Assembly (NCBI GenBank): GCA_003971905.1
Contig: RSEE01000066.1
Span: forward strand, 186,001 to 250,000
Source: Moniliella sp. 'wahieum'
Taxonomy: Eukaryota
Direction of reading: 5' to 3'
DNA: 64,000 nucleotides
Shown: positions 14,491 to 27,678 of the stretch, piece after piece
Layout: the number at the start of each line of letters is the position of its first letter
Numbering within the stretch: the stretch's first letter is position 1
Translations under genes and position numbers: made by a program
The notes under the pieces: generated by a model
Told to the model about the DNA's origin: nothing
What the model saw: only the letters and a program-made list of their open reading frames with translations
Database searches by the model: none

Positions 14491-16127
14491 GATGGATCGG
14501 ACAACGACGGCGATGGGGGACGGCGGTTGGGGTCCACAGTCAGCGCGCCGACGCCCTCGAACTGGTCCGCATGGAGTAGGGTGTGGTGTGTGGAAGCGGT
14601 GGTGGCGGGGAGAGGACATGCACGCGGCTTCTACGGCGGCAACTGCAGCAGCAGCGTGCAAAGCTGGGTGCCCACGAGCAGGATCAGCAGCGTGGGTGCA
14701 CGGACCGTCACGCGTCACGCGTGCTTCTGTCCCCATCCTGCTTGGAATATATAGGCCTGGCCCTGCGCATCCCGGGGATCCTGGGACTGCCCCCGTTGCG
14801 GACGAGGGCAGCCAGCAGGGGGGCAGTGCCTGGCCTGGGCCGCAGGGCAGACACTGAGCTGATGCGTGCTGATGCGCTCCCCGGTGTCGGGTGCGGCGGC
14901 GCAGGCCAAGGGGGTGCTGTGCTGAGTCTGGGCACTCAGCGCCGGCGCGGAGGCAGTGTGTGCTGCGGCTGAGCGCTATACGCTGAGCGATCTGGGTCGC
15001 CAAAGAGGACTCGGGGGAAGGCGCGGCCCAGCCAGCACCGCGCAGCACTCCACCCGAGCCCGAGGGCCAGACAGGCGCCAGGCGGCAGGCGTGGATGCGC
15101 AGGCGACGTCACGTGTGTCGGATGGGCGCGGGGGCATATGAGGCAGAGGATCGATGGGGCGACGATAGTACGGAGGTGCGTGGCTGCGCTGCCACTACGT
15201 CCGACAGGCTGTGATAGACAGGCCCGACAGAGTCAAGACCTATGCCCCCGTCGTAGATCGTACGGCTACGGCCACACGTTGCCGAGATCATTTGTCGCGA
15301 TCAGAGCGTTAGCAAGCTGGGCTCTCTTCCATTGCATATTCCATCGGCACATCGGCCACATACTATTTCTGTTTTCATGCCTCTCGTTACCAATCCATCC
15401 ATCAGATGGCCACGCAGTGCTCTTCATCCATGTGCATCAACCAATCGAATCATTGCACGCACCGAACCGCCCGAGAAGCTTGAGCTGCTGCATGGCAAGC
15501 CGCCGTTGCAGTCGCACTTGGAAAAGGGCTATAACGCGAACGCTTGATTATAACCGGAATAACCCTGTTTTTAGTTCGTTCACCTGTGGGGTGTGGGTGG
15601 ATGGCCAGGTGCGAGTGTGTGCACACTGCCCCCATCTATCTGCTGCGTTCTACGCGTTAAGGGTGCTGTGGGGATTCGCTGTTATGGTATAGTGCAGTGG
15701 TGGTTCGATCATCCGTATTCGTGATATCTGTGTTGTGCGCCGGCGCATAGGTTCGCTTCCAGATACCTCCCGAGAAATACCCTCCCAGTCCTCCCGAGCA
15801 CACATCAGGCTGGGCCGATACGATATGAGTAGCCGTTTCGCTGCTCTTCGGACACTATATTCGGTTGAACTGCCGCTGCTGTTTGTGGATTGCTTTGTCG
15901 CAGCCGTCCGTTCTGATTGGATCAAGTCGATCGATCGATCAAGGCCATAGCACAGGTCTGTGGGCGAAGGGGCGTGGAGACCCCCCCTACCGGTAGAGAG
16001 CAGGAGAGAAAGGATGAAGTAAGGATTTGACAGCGGCCAAACATCAAAATGGGAGGGGCACTGGCTCATTCTGAACCTGGATGCAACAGCATTTGCCAGG
16101 CTACCATCCACCATACTCTTCGAGGGC

Positions 16128-19100
16128 TCACACTTCCAAGCCTCGGCGGCACTGGGGGCACTCGGTCTTGATCTGGAGCCATTGCTCAAGACAAGGTGTG
16201 TGAAGACGTGGTGACACTACGAGGCGCAACCTGGGTCAGCCCAGTCCCCCGCCAACATCACAAAACAAAAAAAGGCAACAGGGCACGGCACGTACTGGGG
16301 TCACCATTAGCTCCGATCGACGGTTGCGTGCCAAGGCCGAGCGCCACGCCGCGCTCGCCTCGATCATCTGTCGGCCCCAATCGTACACCCCATGCACGAA
16401 GCGCAGCAGGAGCGAAGCTTGGTAGACGGGTAAGTAGCGTGCGTCCGAGAGGCGCGGGACGAGGTGAGTGAAGAAGCATGGGAGGAGGGATGAGAGTGCC
16501 GGTGATTGTGGCTCGTTCCGGGGCCGGCTAGGGTGGGAGTGGAGCTCGCTTGGTCCAGCAGAGCTTCGTGCTCCTCGGGTACATCCTCCGAATCGGACCC
16601 CCCCGCTTCTAGATCCTCCTCACTTTCCGAAACGGGGCCCGAACCCACGACGGGCACCACAATCGGTTCAAAGCAAATCGGGCAATCTCCCAGCTCAATC
16701 TTGCCATCCTTGGCCGCAGGGATGTCCTGCCCTCGAGAGCGGACCAAAGCCAGCGCATCGGAGGCCGAAACAAAGTAATTCCACCGTTGTTGGGGCGCGA
16801 TCCCAAGGCGGACCAAGACGGCGTCGGAGAGGAAAAAGGACGGTCCAAACGCACCCTGTCCCATGAGGATAAGGGCCTGCACAAGAATGTAGCCATCCAC
16901 CACGCCAGCGAGCCACGGCTGCGGAGTAAAGCCAGCATAGTTGTCGGGATACACCAAGAAGTACGTGGGCAAGACCATGCGCGCCAACGAGACCAGCGCA
17001 ATAAACTTACCCTCCAGAGCACCACGTTGATGTCGCTGCACGTTGCGCCAGATTTGAGGCACCCAGAAACTGTGCACCATAACGAGTACGGCCGTCAAGA
17101 GTGCAACACCATTCAGTGTAAACAACACGCCGGTACACCCAACATCAATGTCATCGAAATGGGACGGAGCCGGATGACCTTAAAGGCAATCTTGGCCATG
17201 CGGACCAACAACCATCCCCGAGGCTGGGCCGGGCTCGCAGTGGGCCGGTAGGGGCACCAGCAGGAGCCGAAGTGCCCTGCGCGCCCTGCGCGCCCTCCGA
17301 TTGCTCGGCGGCAAGGGTCCTCGGCTGACTGGGGGGGTCACTAGGCGAATTCGAAGCCGAGGCGGCCGATGCAGCAGCAGCAGCACTTTGGGCCTCCATT
17401 CGTTCTCGAGCTGCCTGCTCCCGATTGGTAATGTGGTGCAAGTGCCAAATGTTGAGCGTGTGTTGGTATTCGAGCGCGATAAATAGCATGGCAAACCCAA
17501 AGGCGGTTGCATACCAAGCTGGCGTGTCTCGTTGGCCTTGAAAAAAGATGGCGACAACAAGATGCGTGGCAAAGAAGGAGACGTCCGATATACAAACAGG
17601 GCCCACGTCGGCCAAGCAAGACGAGCGAGCGCAGCGGGGGACGTAGAGCGATCCATGCTGCGAGTAACGAGGTGGCACAGAAACAGGAGGAGAAAGACCA
17701 CCCCCGTAGTGTACCGAAGCGCTCGTGATGGCCGCAGCAGATCCAACTTGCCCGTCATGCGGTGCGCCCAAGCAAATCCGAAACTCGTCCGTTCCCTCGG
17801 AAGAACGGCGGGATGAGTGGCGGAGCAGGAGGGTTGAGCACCTAGCACGGAAGATAGGTCTGTCTCCACCTCCCCTAGTCGCATTAGAAGGAAGCATTCG
17901 GGCGACCAGAGCACCCCACGCATCTGTGGAGACTCGGGAAGATGCAAGTGGGGCCAGCCGCGCGGGTCGCGCATAGCCCACTCGGCCCTGCGCACCGCTT
18001 GGCTCCCTCGGCCTCCCCCACAGGTTGCATATGGGCATACAGATGGAAAGTGCAGTTGTGGGCCCAAAGGGGGTCAAGGTGCCGGGAAGATGAAGGACTG
18101 GGCGCACGGGTGTCGACCCATTGACCCCGCCACTCCCGATCCCATCGTCTGATTCCCATTGTCAGAGTGAGACGAGTCAGGAGGCTTGATTGGTCCGGGT
18201 GCAGTCGTATCCTCATCTCGCAACCGACGCGTTACCTGCTCCACTTGGGCCGAAAGAACGGCATGGAGCGTCTGTAGCACGCGTGACCACAGTCCCCAGG
18301 CCGATGCGTTGCGCGCGGCATCCGCCAATTGCGCCTGCTCCAAGGGATTGGTGGGGGATGAAGTGAGGTTGGACAACTGATCCATCACCTCCTGCCACCC
18401 CCTCGGGGAGGGGACCATCTTGAGCGATTCACGCGGATCGATCCAGTGTGGATCGGTGGTGGTGAGAACTTGGGCATACAGTAGACCATGTGGGCGCACA
18501 TGCACACCTGTCACGTCAAACTCGAGTCCCTCGGGCATGGGGTCCATCGGATTGGCGTGAACAGGCCGGCAGGTGGCGCTTGGTTCACAGGTGGGAGTTG
18601 TCGGCCACAAGCGGGAATGGAACGTTGCTCCCATTTGGCTGAAGCCTTACCTAGACTAAGCGTGCCACAATTGGCACTACGCGCACGCCGCCGCCGTGCC
18701 TGATACAGAGGTCTCGAGGAGATCCAAGTCGACTTCGCCTCCAAGAATGTGGCGAAAGGCAGTCAAGTTGCTGCCTCCGTATATGCCTGGGAAGGCGTTG
18801 GAGGAGCCGAAGAGCAAGGTAAGGAGATCGTTTGTTGTCGGGCCACGCGCTCCTTGGTCGGCGATCAAGATGGTCCACCACGGACCCAGAGCGGGGGGGT
18901 GGGAAGGTAGGATGGTCACTCGGCCCTGGCGCAGCGGGCCGATAGGGCTTGGCAGGCTTGCTGGCCATGGGCTTGGGCTGTTGAATGACAAAGGCGGGGT
19001 CAAGCGACCAAGATCTGGCGTGCCAGATGCCGCGAAAGGAGCCGAGGTAGGAACGTGGCGGAAACGGCCAGGCACGTGCAACGGCCGCTGCTTCGGGAGC

Positions 19101-19586
19101 CAGGGAAAGGGGGGCGGTGGGCGAGAGGGGCGCTGGTTTAGTGAGCGACAGGTTGAGCAGCAAATCCGGAACGACGGGCAAGGCGGTGCGGTTGTAGGGG
19201 TTGAAGTCGGAGAGGGTGTAGTTGGTGCGGGGCGCACCTCGTGCCATGTCGGCTGCGACGATGGAGGCGGCGTACATGTGCGCCAGGGGCTCAGCAAAGA
19301 GCGTGTGGTTGTCACGGCCCGCGCGGTAGCTCAGGTCCCAGTGCTCCAACTCACGACGGTCGCCGGTCAGGAGCGCGCGCAACTCCCGTGCCTGGGTCAA
19401 GACGGAGCGGAGCTCGCTGGCGTCGTGCTCGAGCTGGCGCAGACCCTCGTCCCCGTCCGAGGGGTCCTGGGCAGCGGCGGCGGGCACAAGGCTGAGCAGG
19501 GCACTGGCGAGGGTGAGGGCCAGCAGCAGCCACACGCCCGCCCTCCTGCCCGGCGGACGGCAAAGGAGGCTTGTTCCCGCCCTCAT
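16128..19586 (-). CDS. TUL1: Transmembrane RING-H2 E3 ubiquitin ligase Tul1/Dsc1
   Basis: Signal-peptide-like N-terminus, GVHVRPHGLLY, multiple TM segments, HSFWVPQIWRNV and DCPICFEPI. After an intron at ~16188-16295, MVTP|CHHVFHTPCLEQWLQIKTECPQCRR completes the RING-H2. Confidence 0.85.
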
Positions 19587-19967
19587 TGTGTGTCCATGGC
19601 CTGGACCGGGGTGTGCAGAATGGGCGCGGGCGGTGGTGGCGGTCGAGCATCGGCCGCGTCCGCCGCCTGGCCGGGCATCGTCTGCGTCAGCCTGACCCTC
19701 TGGCTCCCGACACGTGGACACGGCACTCACGTGTCATCATTTCAACTCTGAAGGCGGGGCAAATCGCATGCTGCGGTCGATTAACGCATTTTCACCCGCC
19801 ATACCCCGAACTACGTTTTGGCAGACGCAAAACCTGGTGTTCATTGGGACCATCAATTCCACAAGCGCATCCCCCCCATCCCATCTCCATGCCGCCGGAC
19901 GAACAAAAGAAGAGGCTGGGCCAAGTGGTCAAGGGAAGAAACAGGATAGAGAAGAAAAAGGATGTAG

Positions 19968-21724
19968 CTACATGATTGTGCACTTGCACTTGCCAGCGCC
20001 GATGGTGTCTTCCGTCTCGGGCGCAGTCTTTGGAGCAGGCTTAGCAGCAGGTGGGAGCAGGCTTGGGAGCAGGATCCAGAGCAGGCGCTGGGGGCATATG
20101 GGAAATGGGCTCCGGATTCTGACGACGCGGGGTTACTTGAACACGACTCGTTGTTGTGGGGGAGGAGGGTGGGCAGAGAGGGAGCGGGAGCCGAGGCTGA
20201 CCCAGCGATTGGCGATGTCCGCGATGTGAGTGGGGATTGGATGGCCCAAGGCATGGTACCAGCCTGGGAAGTCTGGTCGGCAGTGCCAGCGAGACTGGCT
20301 GGGGAAGCGGAGCTGTGCGTTGACACCGGCTCGATGGGTTGAGCGGCTACGCGCGATAGGATATGGCCTTCTTGAGGGGCTGAAGAGAAACCATTGGCTC
20401 GCGTTAGCGCACAAAAGTGTGGTACAAGTAGAGGAAGAAGCACGCAAAAAGTAACATACCAATGGAGGAAGGTGGATTGACATCACGACGCAGGTCAGAA
20501 GCAGAAACTAGGTCATTGTTGGTGGGCACAGAGTGGACGGGTGGTTAACACTGGGGCGGGGTTCGCGTTCAATTCCGGTTTCATCCGCAGGAGGGGTTGG
20601 CAGGTTAATCTCCTTGAGATCGTATGGGTTGCCGTGGATGTCCCACTTGTCAACCAAGCCACACGAGGCCAAAGCGGCGGCCATGTCAAAGTTGGGATCC
20701 TCGCGGGATGCCTTCAATTGGCGTTGTGCCTCATCTCCTCCGGCAGCCGCTGCAGCCGCCAAAAGTTCACGTGCACGAGAGAGACGGCGCGGCGAGCGAC
20801 AGTGGGAATTTCGTTAACAGCCGGCTTCGATGGCGTGATGCTAGGCGCAAATGACGGCGGGGATTCGGACCGCTTAATGCCTCCCAATGGGCCAAACTCT
20901 TCAAGCTCAACAGAGCTGATCTCCCCTCGGTGGAACTGGGACAAACGTTGGCGCTTGATTGAAGCCATACGAGCCCGAGAACGAGAAAAACTGGTATCCT
21001 CATCGGCTTGAAACGTGCCAATCGAGCTACTGAGAGGTTTTGAGCTCTCTTGGGCGTGCTGGCCATGGGAACGTTGCACTGGATTGGGTTCGGTTATGCG
21101 ACTCCTTCCCAGGTGTTTCCGCCCTGGGACCGTTCCCAGAAGCGGCGGGTGAAGTTTCCCCCGTCTGTGGCCCAGACACCAACGGTAGAGTTGGCGCGCC
21201 CATTGTTGGACCGTAGAGATCCACTACGATTCATGCTGCGTGATGGCCGACGAGGACGCGAATCCCAAGTAATGTAACGGTCACTCACGTCGGGGCAGGT
21301 CCGCCCAAAGGGCCGAACTCGGACAGCTCATCAGCACTCAGCTGAGCCGCTTGTGATTTAAGTCGGCGTCTGCCCAGTGGAGTGGATACATCAGCACTCA
21401 AATCGCCAGCCGAAGCGGCTTCTTTCGAGGGGGTTGCAACGGATATGTCAGCGTTGGGAACGGAAGCATCATGCGTTGAAGCATTCCCTTGAGGAGGTGA
21501 GGGAATGGGTTTGGCCAAGGGGTGGGCCATGCGGAGGGGGGGCGAGCGCGATGGGGAGAGGGGCTGGGAGTGTCATATTGAATGCGACGGTCAAAGGGGG
21601 GGGTTCTATTGCTCTGGGAACGGCGGCGACTGCGAACGGGGTGGAGCGACTCGAGTGGGACCCAGTCGGATGCTTGCGGATCTGGCAGGCCAGTGCCAGC
21701 GCCGCTCGCCGCGACGGTAGCCAT
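19968..21724 (-). CDS. Hypothetical disordered protein with a duplicated L(S/E)EFGPLGG motif and C-terminal CaaX box (CKCTIM)
   Basis: Chained minus-strand ORFs. The final frame reads ...APETEDTIGAGKCKCTIM-TAG (stop 19968-19970). Confidence 0.55.
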
Positions 21725-22128
21725 GACGGCAGACGGAGCAGAGAAGGCAGGGGCGAGGAAAGAGGCGGAAGGGTGGCGTGGGAAGGGGAGGGGAGAACGG
21801 GCGGCGGTGCAATGCGACCGAGTCTCGCTGGTGGGGGGAGAAAGGGCCGGGGGCGATGGTGGTGGCGATGGCAGTGGCGGTGGGGGTTGGCCGCCGTCAC
21901 ATCTCGGGCGGCAATGGGCCCAGAGCCGCCCACAATTTCACACAGGCGAAGTTCGGGCCTTTGCAGGCATTTGGCCTTGGAATTGGAGGCTGCCTTATTT
22001 AATTAGTCAGTCCCACTGGCATGGCAGCTGCTCCAATTTCAAACGGCTGTCCAGCTCATCACATGCGCCGTTCCAGCCACTTTACTGGCCCCTCGCGTTT
22101 TCACGCCACCATCTCGGCTTCCCGCGCC

Positions 22129-23312
22129 ATGTCCTCGCCACCATCCGAGGCGTCTCTCAGTCTGCATGACCTCATCAGATGCTCGTCTCCCCCGCGCCAA
22201 CCAGACGCGGGCGCGGGGCATCCGACACGTCTCCTTGGCTAACAATGCGCGAGGCAATGCCAGTCGCCGGCAAGCTTTATATGCACGGCGACCTGACCTC
22301 CTCTCGTCTCTCCGTATTGAGCGCTCCGTTGCTCGAGGATTTGGGCGTCCAGCCGGCAGAGGTTAGGAGAAAGGTTCTTGCAGCCGTGCGTGCCGCTTTG
22401 GACAACCCCGAGTGGGCACCCAAGCTGCGCCTGTCCACATCGGTTACCCCGCCCCCGCCGCTACGCCTGCCAAGCAGAACGCGCATTCACCTCCAAGGCC
22501 ATGGCTAACGTAGGCAACACAACCAGCCCTGACTCTGCATATTCAAAGCCTCTCCTCGCAAGCGCCCACGGAATGCAAGTCCGGAAACATTGGCGCGAGA
22601 TTGGGGGGATACATCTTTCTCACCAAACAGAGACCATCCCGTACCCAAGACGTACATGTTCAACGAGGTCCTGGACCTATATAAGCTCCGCGGGAGGGCA
22701 GTGGTCGTCAACCGTGCGCCCGTATTGACCGCTTGGGCGACAGTCGTGCTCGAGAAGATGGGGTTTGAACGAGACGAAGCCCTGAGTTTGGCGCATTGCT
22801 ATGTCTCGCATACTTCCACCGCCCGCGGCCTGGCGATCGGTGCGTTCCCAAAAAAGGGGCCTGGTAGTCGACTGAACCCGTCGGGGTAGGCCCGAATCAG
22901 CCTCACTTTGAGTTTGGGTGTTAAGATTCCCGTCATGCAAGTCCAGGACGATGTCGGACTAGAGGAAGAAGAAGAGTCCAAGCGGTACCGCGGCATCAGC
23001 GAAGGGCAAATGGTACCGCCCGACAAGGCGTACGACTATCTCAAAAGCAGCATGTTGATGAACCTTCCCTTTGTCATGGGTGCCATGTATTTACTCGCCG
23101 ATGCGATCGTGGACGAGGGCGCCGGAGAGCCTGACCCTCAGCGTTTGGAGCGCGTAGCGTGGCGCCTGTACGTGGACTTTCGCCCCGATACCGGTGGGGA
23201 ATGGGGAAAGAAGGCTGCTTTAAGCCTAGATAAGATACTTTCCCTCCGGCCCAACTTCGAGGAAACGGAAAAGACGGCGCAGGATGGATCAAATGCGGAG
23301 GATGATACATAG
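22129..23312 (+). CDS. Conserved uncharacterised fungal protein (SAM-like N-terminal helices; NRAP-motif domain)
   Basis: LLEDLGVQPAEVRRKVLAAV, then VVNRAPVLTAWATVVLEKMGF.RDEALSLA and LYVDFRP...WGKKAAL, recognised from fungal hypothetical proteins. Confidence 0.65.
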
Positions 23313-23369
23313 ACAGAGGGAGACAAGAACGAAATCGGATGGATGCGGCATTGGAAAAGGAAAAGCTTG

Positions 23370-25213
23370 TTAGAGTACGTTACCGCTAGCAAATCTGTCG
23401 GCAATGGGAGTGCCTTGCTTGCGAGGACTTGAAAGCATCGGCGGGTCAGGCGCCCCGCCCACCCACGCAGCGAGCTCGTGGGGAGTGTGTAGCGCTTGGA
23501 GTGCTTGGTGATAAAAGATAGAGAGCTCGAGGTGCATGGGTTGGTAGTACGTCTGGCTCGCCTGGCGGACCGAATGGAGGATGCGGTCAAACCACAATCC
23601 AGCAGGCCCCTAATCAATGCTTGCGGTCCCACCCACTTGCCCTGGCCCGACACAAACTCAGCCCGGACCAAGGTTCGCACCGCCCAGTTAATCAGCTTCA
23701 TGTGGGCAGTAAGATAAGCGATAGCTTCAAACTCAACGCCCCCGTCATCCCTCCTGGCACCTTTGGTTGACAGCAGCTTCAACAGAACGAGGGTCCATCT
23801 CCTCGAACCGCCAAATCGTGTTGCGCGAGTGACAAAATACCCAGAAGTAGTCAGCCACCACGCGAGCCATGTCGTACACCAACGTTTTGAAGGGACGGGG
23901 CGTATGAGCCACCCGAACGAAATCAACAATTGCCTCTTGATCTGGGTCCCGAGGAGAATGAAGAAGGATAATGACCAAGTGCTGGGCGCTCGTCAACGCA
24001 CCATTGGAGAGCAGCTCATTGCACCGTTCCAAACACTCCGACCCTTGGCGCGTCTCTTGAACGCCAGCCAGCTGCGAGGATTGCATGTCCAACTCGCCCG
24101 CAATGATAATCAAGTCGAGCAAGAGCTTGCGCACATAAAGGTCTCCCGGCTTCTTCTCTGACCACAGGAGGTCGGTCAACGCAACAAATGGCTTGGGTGC
24201 CTGGCTCGACAGAAGGGATTTGCCCCGAGCCGAGGTACTGAGGATGACAAGCGAACGAAGCAGCTCGTACAACAATTGATCATCGTGCTGTTCTTCCCTC
24301 CACTCCATATCCAATAATCCCTTGAGAGTATCCAGCAACGCGCCATACCCACCTTGCTGTGTTCCAAAAGATTCAACCCACGCCGGGGATTCGGCAGCTA
24401 GAGCTGTACGAAGGCGCTTCATCTCTCCAATCTCGATGTTTTGGACCAGGGTGGTTTTAAGAAGGGAAGCAAAGTATTGTGGTGTCTTGGGGGCAGCCGC
24501 TTGTTTAGAAAATGTCGACGCGGCCGTCTGTAGTGCTCTCATAGGTTGAGAGGCAGCCTGTACCGTACTCTTGTGAGGCTCTGGCACAGCAGATACTGTC
24601 GCCACGTCGGCTCCACGCCCCAAGCGGAGCTTGCCCATCTTCGAAGGAGACGCACTTCGGCGACCAGTGATCTTGGAGGGGGAGGGAAGACGCATTTTGC
24701 TAGGAGAAAGAGTGCCCCGCCCAAAGAGCTTGGAAGGCGACACGGAGCGTCTCGGGCTGGTCGTGGTAGCTGGAGCTGGAGCCGAGGCAGGTGGGGTGGA
24801 GGAACGAACAGGGGCCGGCCCTAGTCCAAGCTGCGGAGGAGGAATAGATGCCTTGGTCTCCGCTGCTACGCCCTTGACTTCGGAGAGGTCCAGAGAAGCC
24901 TTGCCCTTCAGCATATTCTGCTGCACAGAAGCAGGTAACGAAAGCAGTTTCGCGCGGGTGGCAGCTGGGACTTCGAGGTTGTCCTGTGGGAATAGCCCAG
25001 CGTCAGCATGGCCATACGGTCAAGAGGAGGTTAGACGCACGAGCATAGCGGCAAAAACGGGGGTGACTTGGTCCATCGTCAGTGGCTTCTTGGGCGACGA
25101 ACCAGGCTGAGGCTTGGCCGAGCAGGAACAGGGCGCGCCGCTCTGGCAGCAGCCTGAGCATCACGATGAGCCAGATAAGATCCGATGGGAGCAAGAGGGG
25201 TTCGCTCCGACAT
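23370..25213 (-). CDS. Rid1-like protein with a formin-type GTPase-binding (GBD/armadillo) domain
   Basis: TPQYFASLL...MKRLRTALAAESPAWVESF...GGYGALL...MEWREEQHDDQLLYELLR, RPFKTL, and RQASQTYYQPMHLE. Confidence 0.75.
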
Positions 25214-25453
25214 GGTGGTGGTGGTGAAGACAAAACAGAGGTAGATAGCGGGAACAACAGAGCAGGCCGCCCGCGCTCGCTCCGTCCGCAGGAATCCAGT
25301 CCACGCTCCCAGCTCGGCTGTGGTAGAAAGACAGCCAACGTCCACATTACGTTACCAGTCCCCCCGATTTGCACACCACGCATCATGCATCCCACATCAC
25401 GCATGGTGCACGGTCTCTGAGCTGTCACGTGTGATGTGGGGAATGTGAGCAGG

Positions 25454-25484
25454 TGACATGTGACATGTGACATGTGACATGTGA
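25454..25484. repeat. Heptamer tandem repeat (TGACATG)4-TGA in the divergent Rid1-like/RPL29 intergenic region
   Basis: Read directly from the sequence; the longest perfect example of the TNA-palindrome-TNA pattern. Confidence 0.95.
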
Positions 25485-25632
25485 TGCCGCAGGGCCACGA
25501 ACCCTAACCTGTAGAAAGAATACGCAAAACTTGCCGCAGTCAACCCTATCGCCTCCTGTGGCTGGCTGTCTAGGCCTACCAATGAGCCCGAGGCGCTACT
25601 TCCCCACCACGAAGCTCCGCTAGAATCACGAG

Positions 25633-25694
25633 GTGCGTTGTTTCGGCCTGCTTATGCCGCTCCGTGTCCGTCGTTAACCCCCATTCGTCCCCAG
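25633..25694 (+). other. Probable 5'-UTR intron of RPL29
   Basis: GTGCGT donor at 25633, GTTAAC branch-like site, and CCCCAG acceptor ending at 25694, 8 nt before the ATG. Confidence 0.6.
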
Positions 25695-25702
25695 AGAGCA
25701 AA

Positions 25703-25906
25703 ATGGCCAAGTCCAAGAACCACACCAACCACAACCAGTCGTCCAAGGCGCACCGCAACGGCATCAAGAAGCCCAAGTCGTCGCGCTACCCGTCGCTGCG
25801 CGGTGTGGACCCAAAATTCATCCGCAACCAACGTTTCGCTAAGCACGGCACTGAGAAGTCCCTGCGCGAAGCCAAGGCAGCCAAGCACGCGACTGCTTCG
25901 GCCTAA
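25703..25906 (+). CDS. RPL29: 60S ribosomal protein L29 (eL29)
   Basis: Intact [28 protein letters not shown]...[16 protein letters not shown]. Confidence 0.97.
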   Translation: MAKSKNHTNHNQSSKAHRNGIKKPKSSRYPSLRGVDPKFIRNQRFAKHGTEKSLREAKAAKHATASA

Positions 25907-26739
25907 GCCATAGGCTCGTTGGTCTGTGCGGTGTTGCTAAACCGCTTTTCTAAAAAGCGCGTCGTGCCCAGGATGGCCTGCTTCCTCTGGACCTTTGTAA
26001 TCGGCCTGGGCATTGGTCACTCACGCTTCCTTTGCTCTCTGGCTGATGTGCCTCAGTGAACCTGCAACTTGTCTCGATGCTTGTCCATGACCTTGCGTAC
26101 TGTTTGTCCCCATATGATTATGCATCCTTGTGCACAAGCCCGATTGCAGAACCTCATATGGGACCTTGCAAAGAGAATCAGCTACTTCATTTTGAGCGCA
26201 CACGCGACAATCCCACTATTAGTTTTGCTAGCCTCTTCCCACCGTAGTGTTCGTTCCGAATGCACCCAGTGATGAAAGTGATAATACTTTACCATACTCT
26301 CTAGTGCTACCTCGGCTTAGCGCCCGCTACCGCTCGCAGGCAGATCGCTGAGCCCCAGCCGCAAGGTTAAGGTCTTCAGCCAGCTGAGCCAAAGTGTCTC
26401 AAGGTCAGGTCCGAAGCCTCGTGGCCAGATTGGGGAGAGCAAGAGATTAACTGAGAAGGGCAGATGAAGAGTCCAGTTCCTCCGACCTGGGCATGGCATG
26501 CTTAGCACTTACAAGCCGTACCGCTATATACAACTGGACTTTGCCATATGGACAGTTTCCCGTCTCATCCGCCTGCTCCCCCTGGAGTATAAAACCAGGC
26601 TGGTTACATTCAAGCCAATGCAGATATGAAAAGCACGAAAAGGGTTGACGGCCATCGATGTGGTTCCGTACAAAAATGGTCGTAAGGGCGCTCAACAGAG
26701 TGTAGGCGTAGAGGAAGTGTGCGCAAATTCAATCGACAT

Positions 26740-27266
26740 TTAAGCCGCTTTCTTCTTGGGTCCGCCAAGAGGAGCGCCGATATCCTTGCCACGCAGCTTG
26801 ACCCCGAGGGCACGCTCGAGCTTCGCCAGAATCTGCGGATTGGGGACGGCGCGACCCGACTCGTAGTCACCAATCACCTGAGGTTTTTCATTGATCTTGG
26901 TGCCAAGCTCCTTTTGGTTGAGGCCTTGGCTTGGCGGGCCTGGCCAATGGCTTTGCCCACGCTAGGCGCCACTTTGGGAGGCGCCGTCACTTCGTTCTCG
27001 CGGTCCAGCTTAGCGAGACGGGCATGGTCTACACTTTCGTGGCCCTTGTTGTGACCAGCCGCGGTCTTGCGGTTGTTGTCCGTGATCGCGCCAGCGGCGC
27101 GGCCACGGTCGTAGGCATTCTGGGATGCGGTGGTGCCGCTGCCCGAGGGGCGGGTCTTGTAGCCGATTTTGACGTCTTGGTCTGGTGGGAGGGGAAGGAA
27201 GGTAAGGAAGGTCAGGGCCAAATCAGGGAGTAAGGACAGGGGAAACAACGTACCCCAGGCAGACAT
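26740..27266 (-). CDS. MBF1: Multiprotein bridging factor 1
   Basis: MSAW|DQDVKIG (intron 27182-27253), [15 protein letters not shown], then [45 protein letters not shown] after one indel. Confidence 0.93.
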
Positions 27267-27678
27267 GGTGGCGAGAATGAGGATGAGGTGGTTGGGGAGT
27301 GGCGGCGAGGGAGGCTGGAAGAAAGGCCAAGTGCACACCCGGCGGCCAGTGCCCAGTTCCCAGCGGTTCTGTCGTCATCGACACCAATCATCGGTCGACG
27401 CGTCCTCCTGGCGGCGGGGGCGCGGGCAGTAGGCCAGTCGCCTGTGACTCGACGCAATCGATGCATGACTCGACGTCATCGAAAGCAGACGAAGCGGAGC
27501 GGATTGAACTTTGAAATTGAATGGTGTGTGCGGTGCCAGTTCGCGAACACGCATTCCGCCCATGCCCTCCGACGGCCATTCCGCCCCGGAATGAGCAGGG
27601 GCGGCGGGCTGGACAGCCATCGTTATACACAGCGCTTTGCTGCTCCCCGTCTCTTCCTCGGCAGACACTGACACACGC

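Noticed and set aside
15685..15770. A-box-like TAGTGCAGTGG and B-box-like GGTTCG motifs suggesting a tRNA
   Set aside because: No acceptor or T stems can be formed, and the spacing is wrong.
11745..19751. Long overlapping ORFs such as 11745-12722 (-), 14173-15048 (-) and 18696-19751 (+)
   Set aside because: Shadow or alternative-frame ORFs in high-GC DNA with Arg/Pro/Gly-biased composition, overlapping identified genes.
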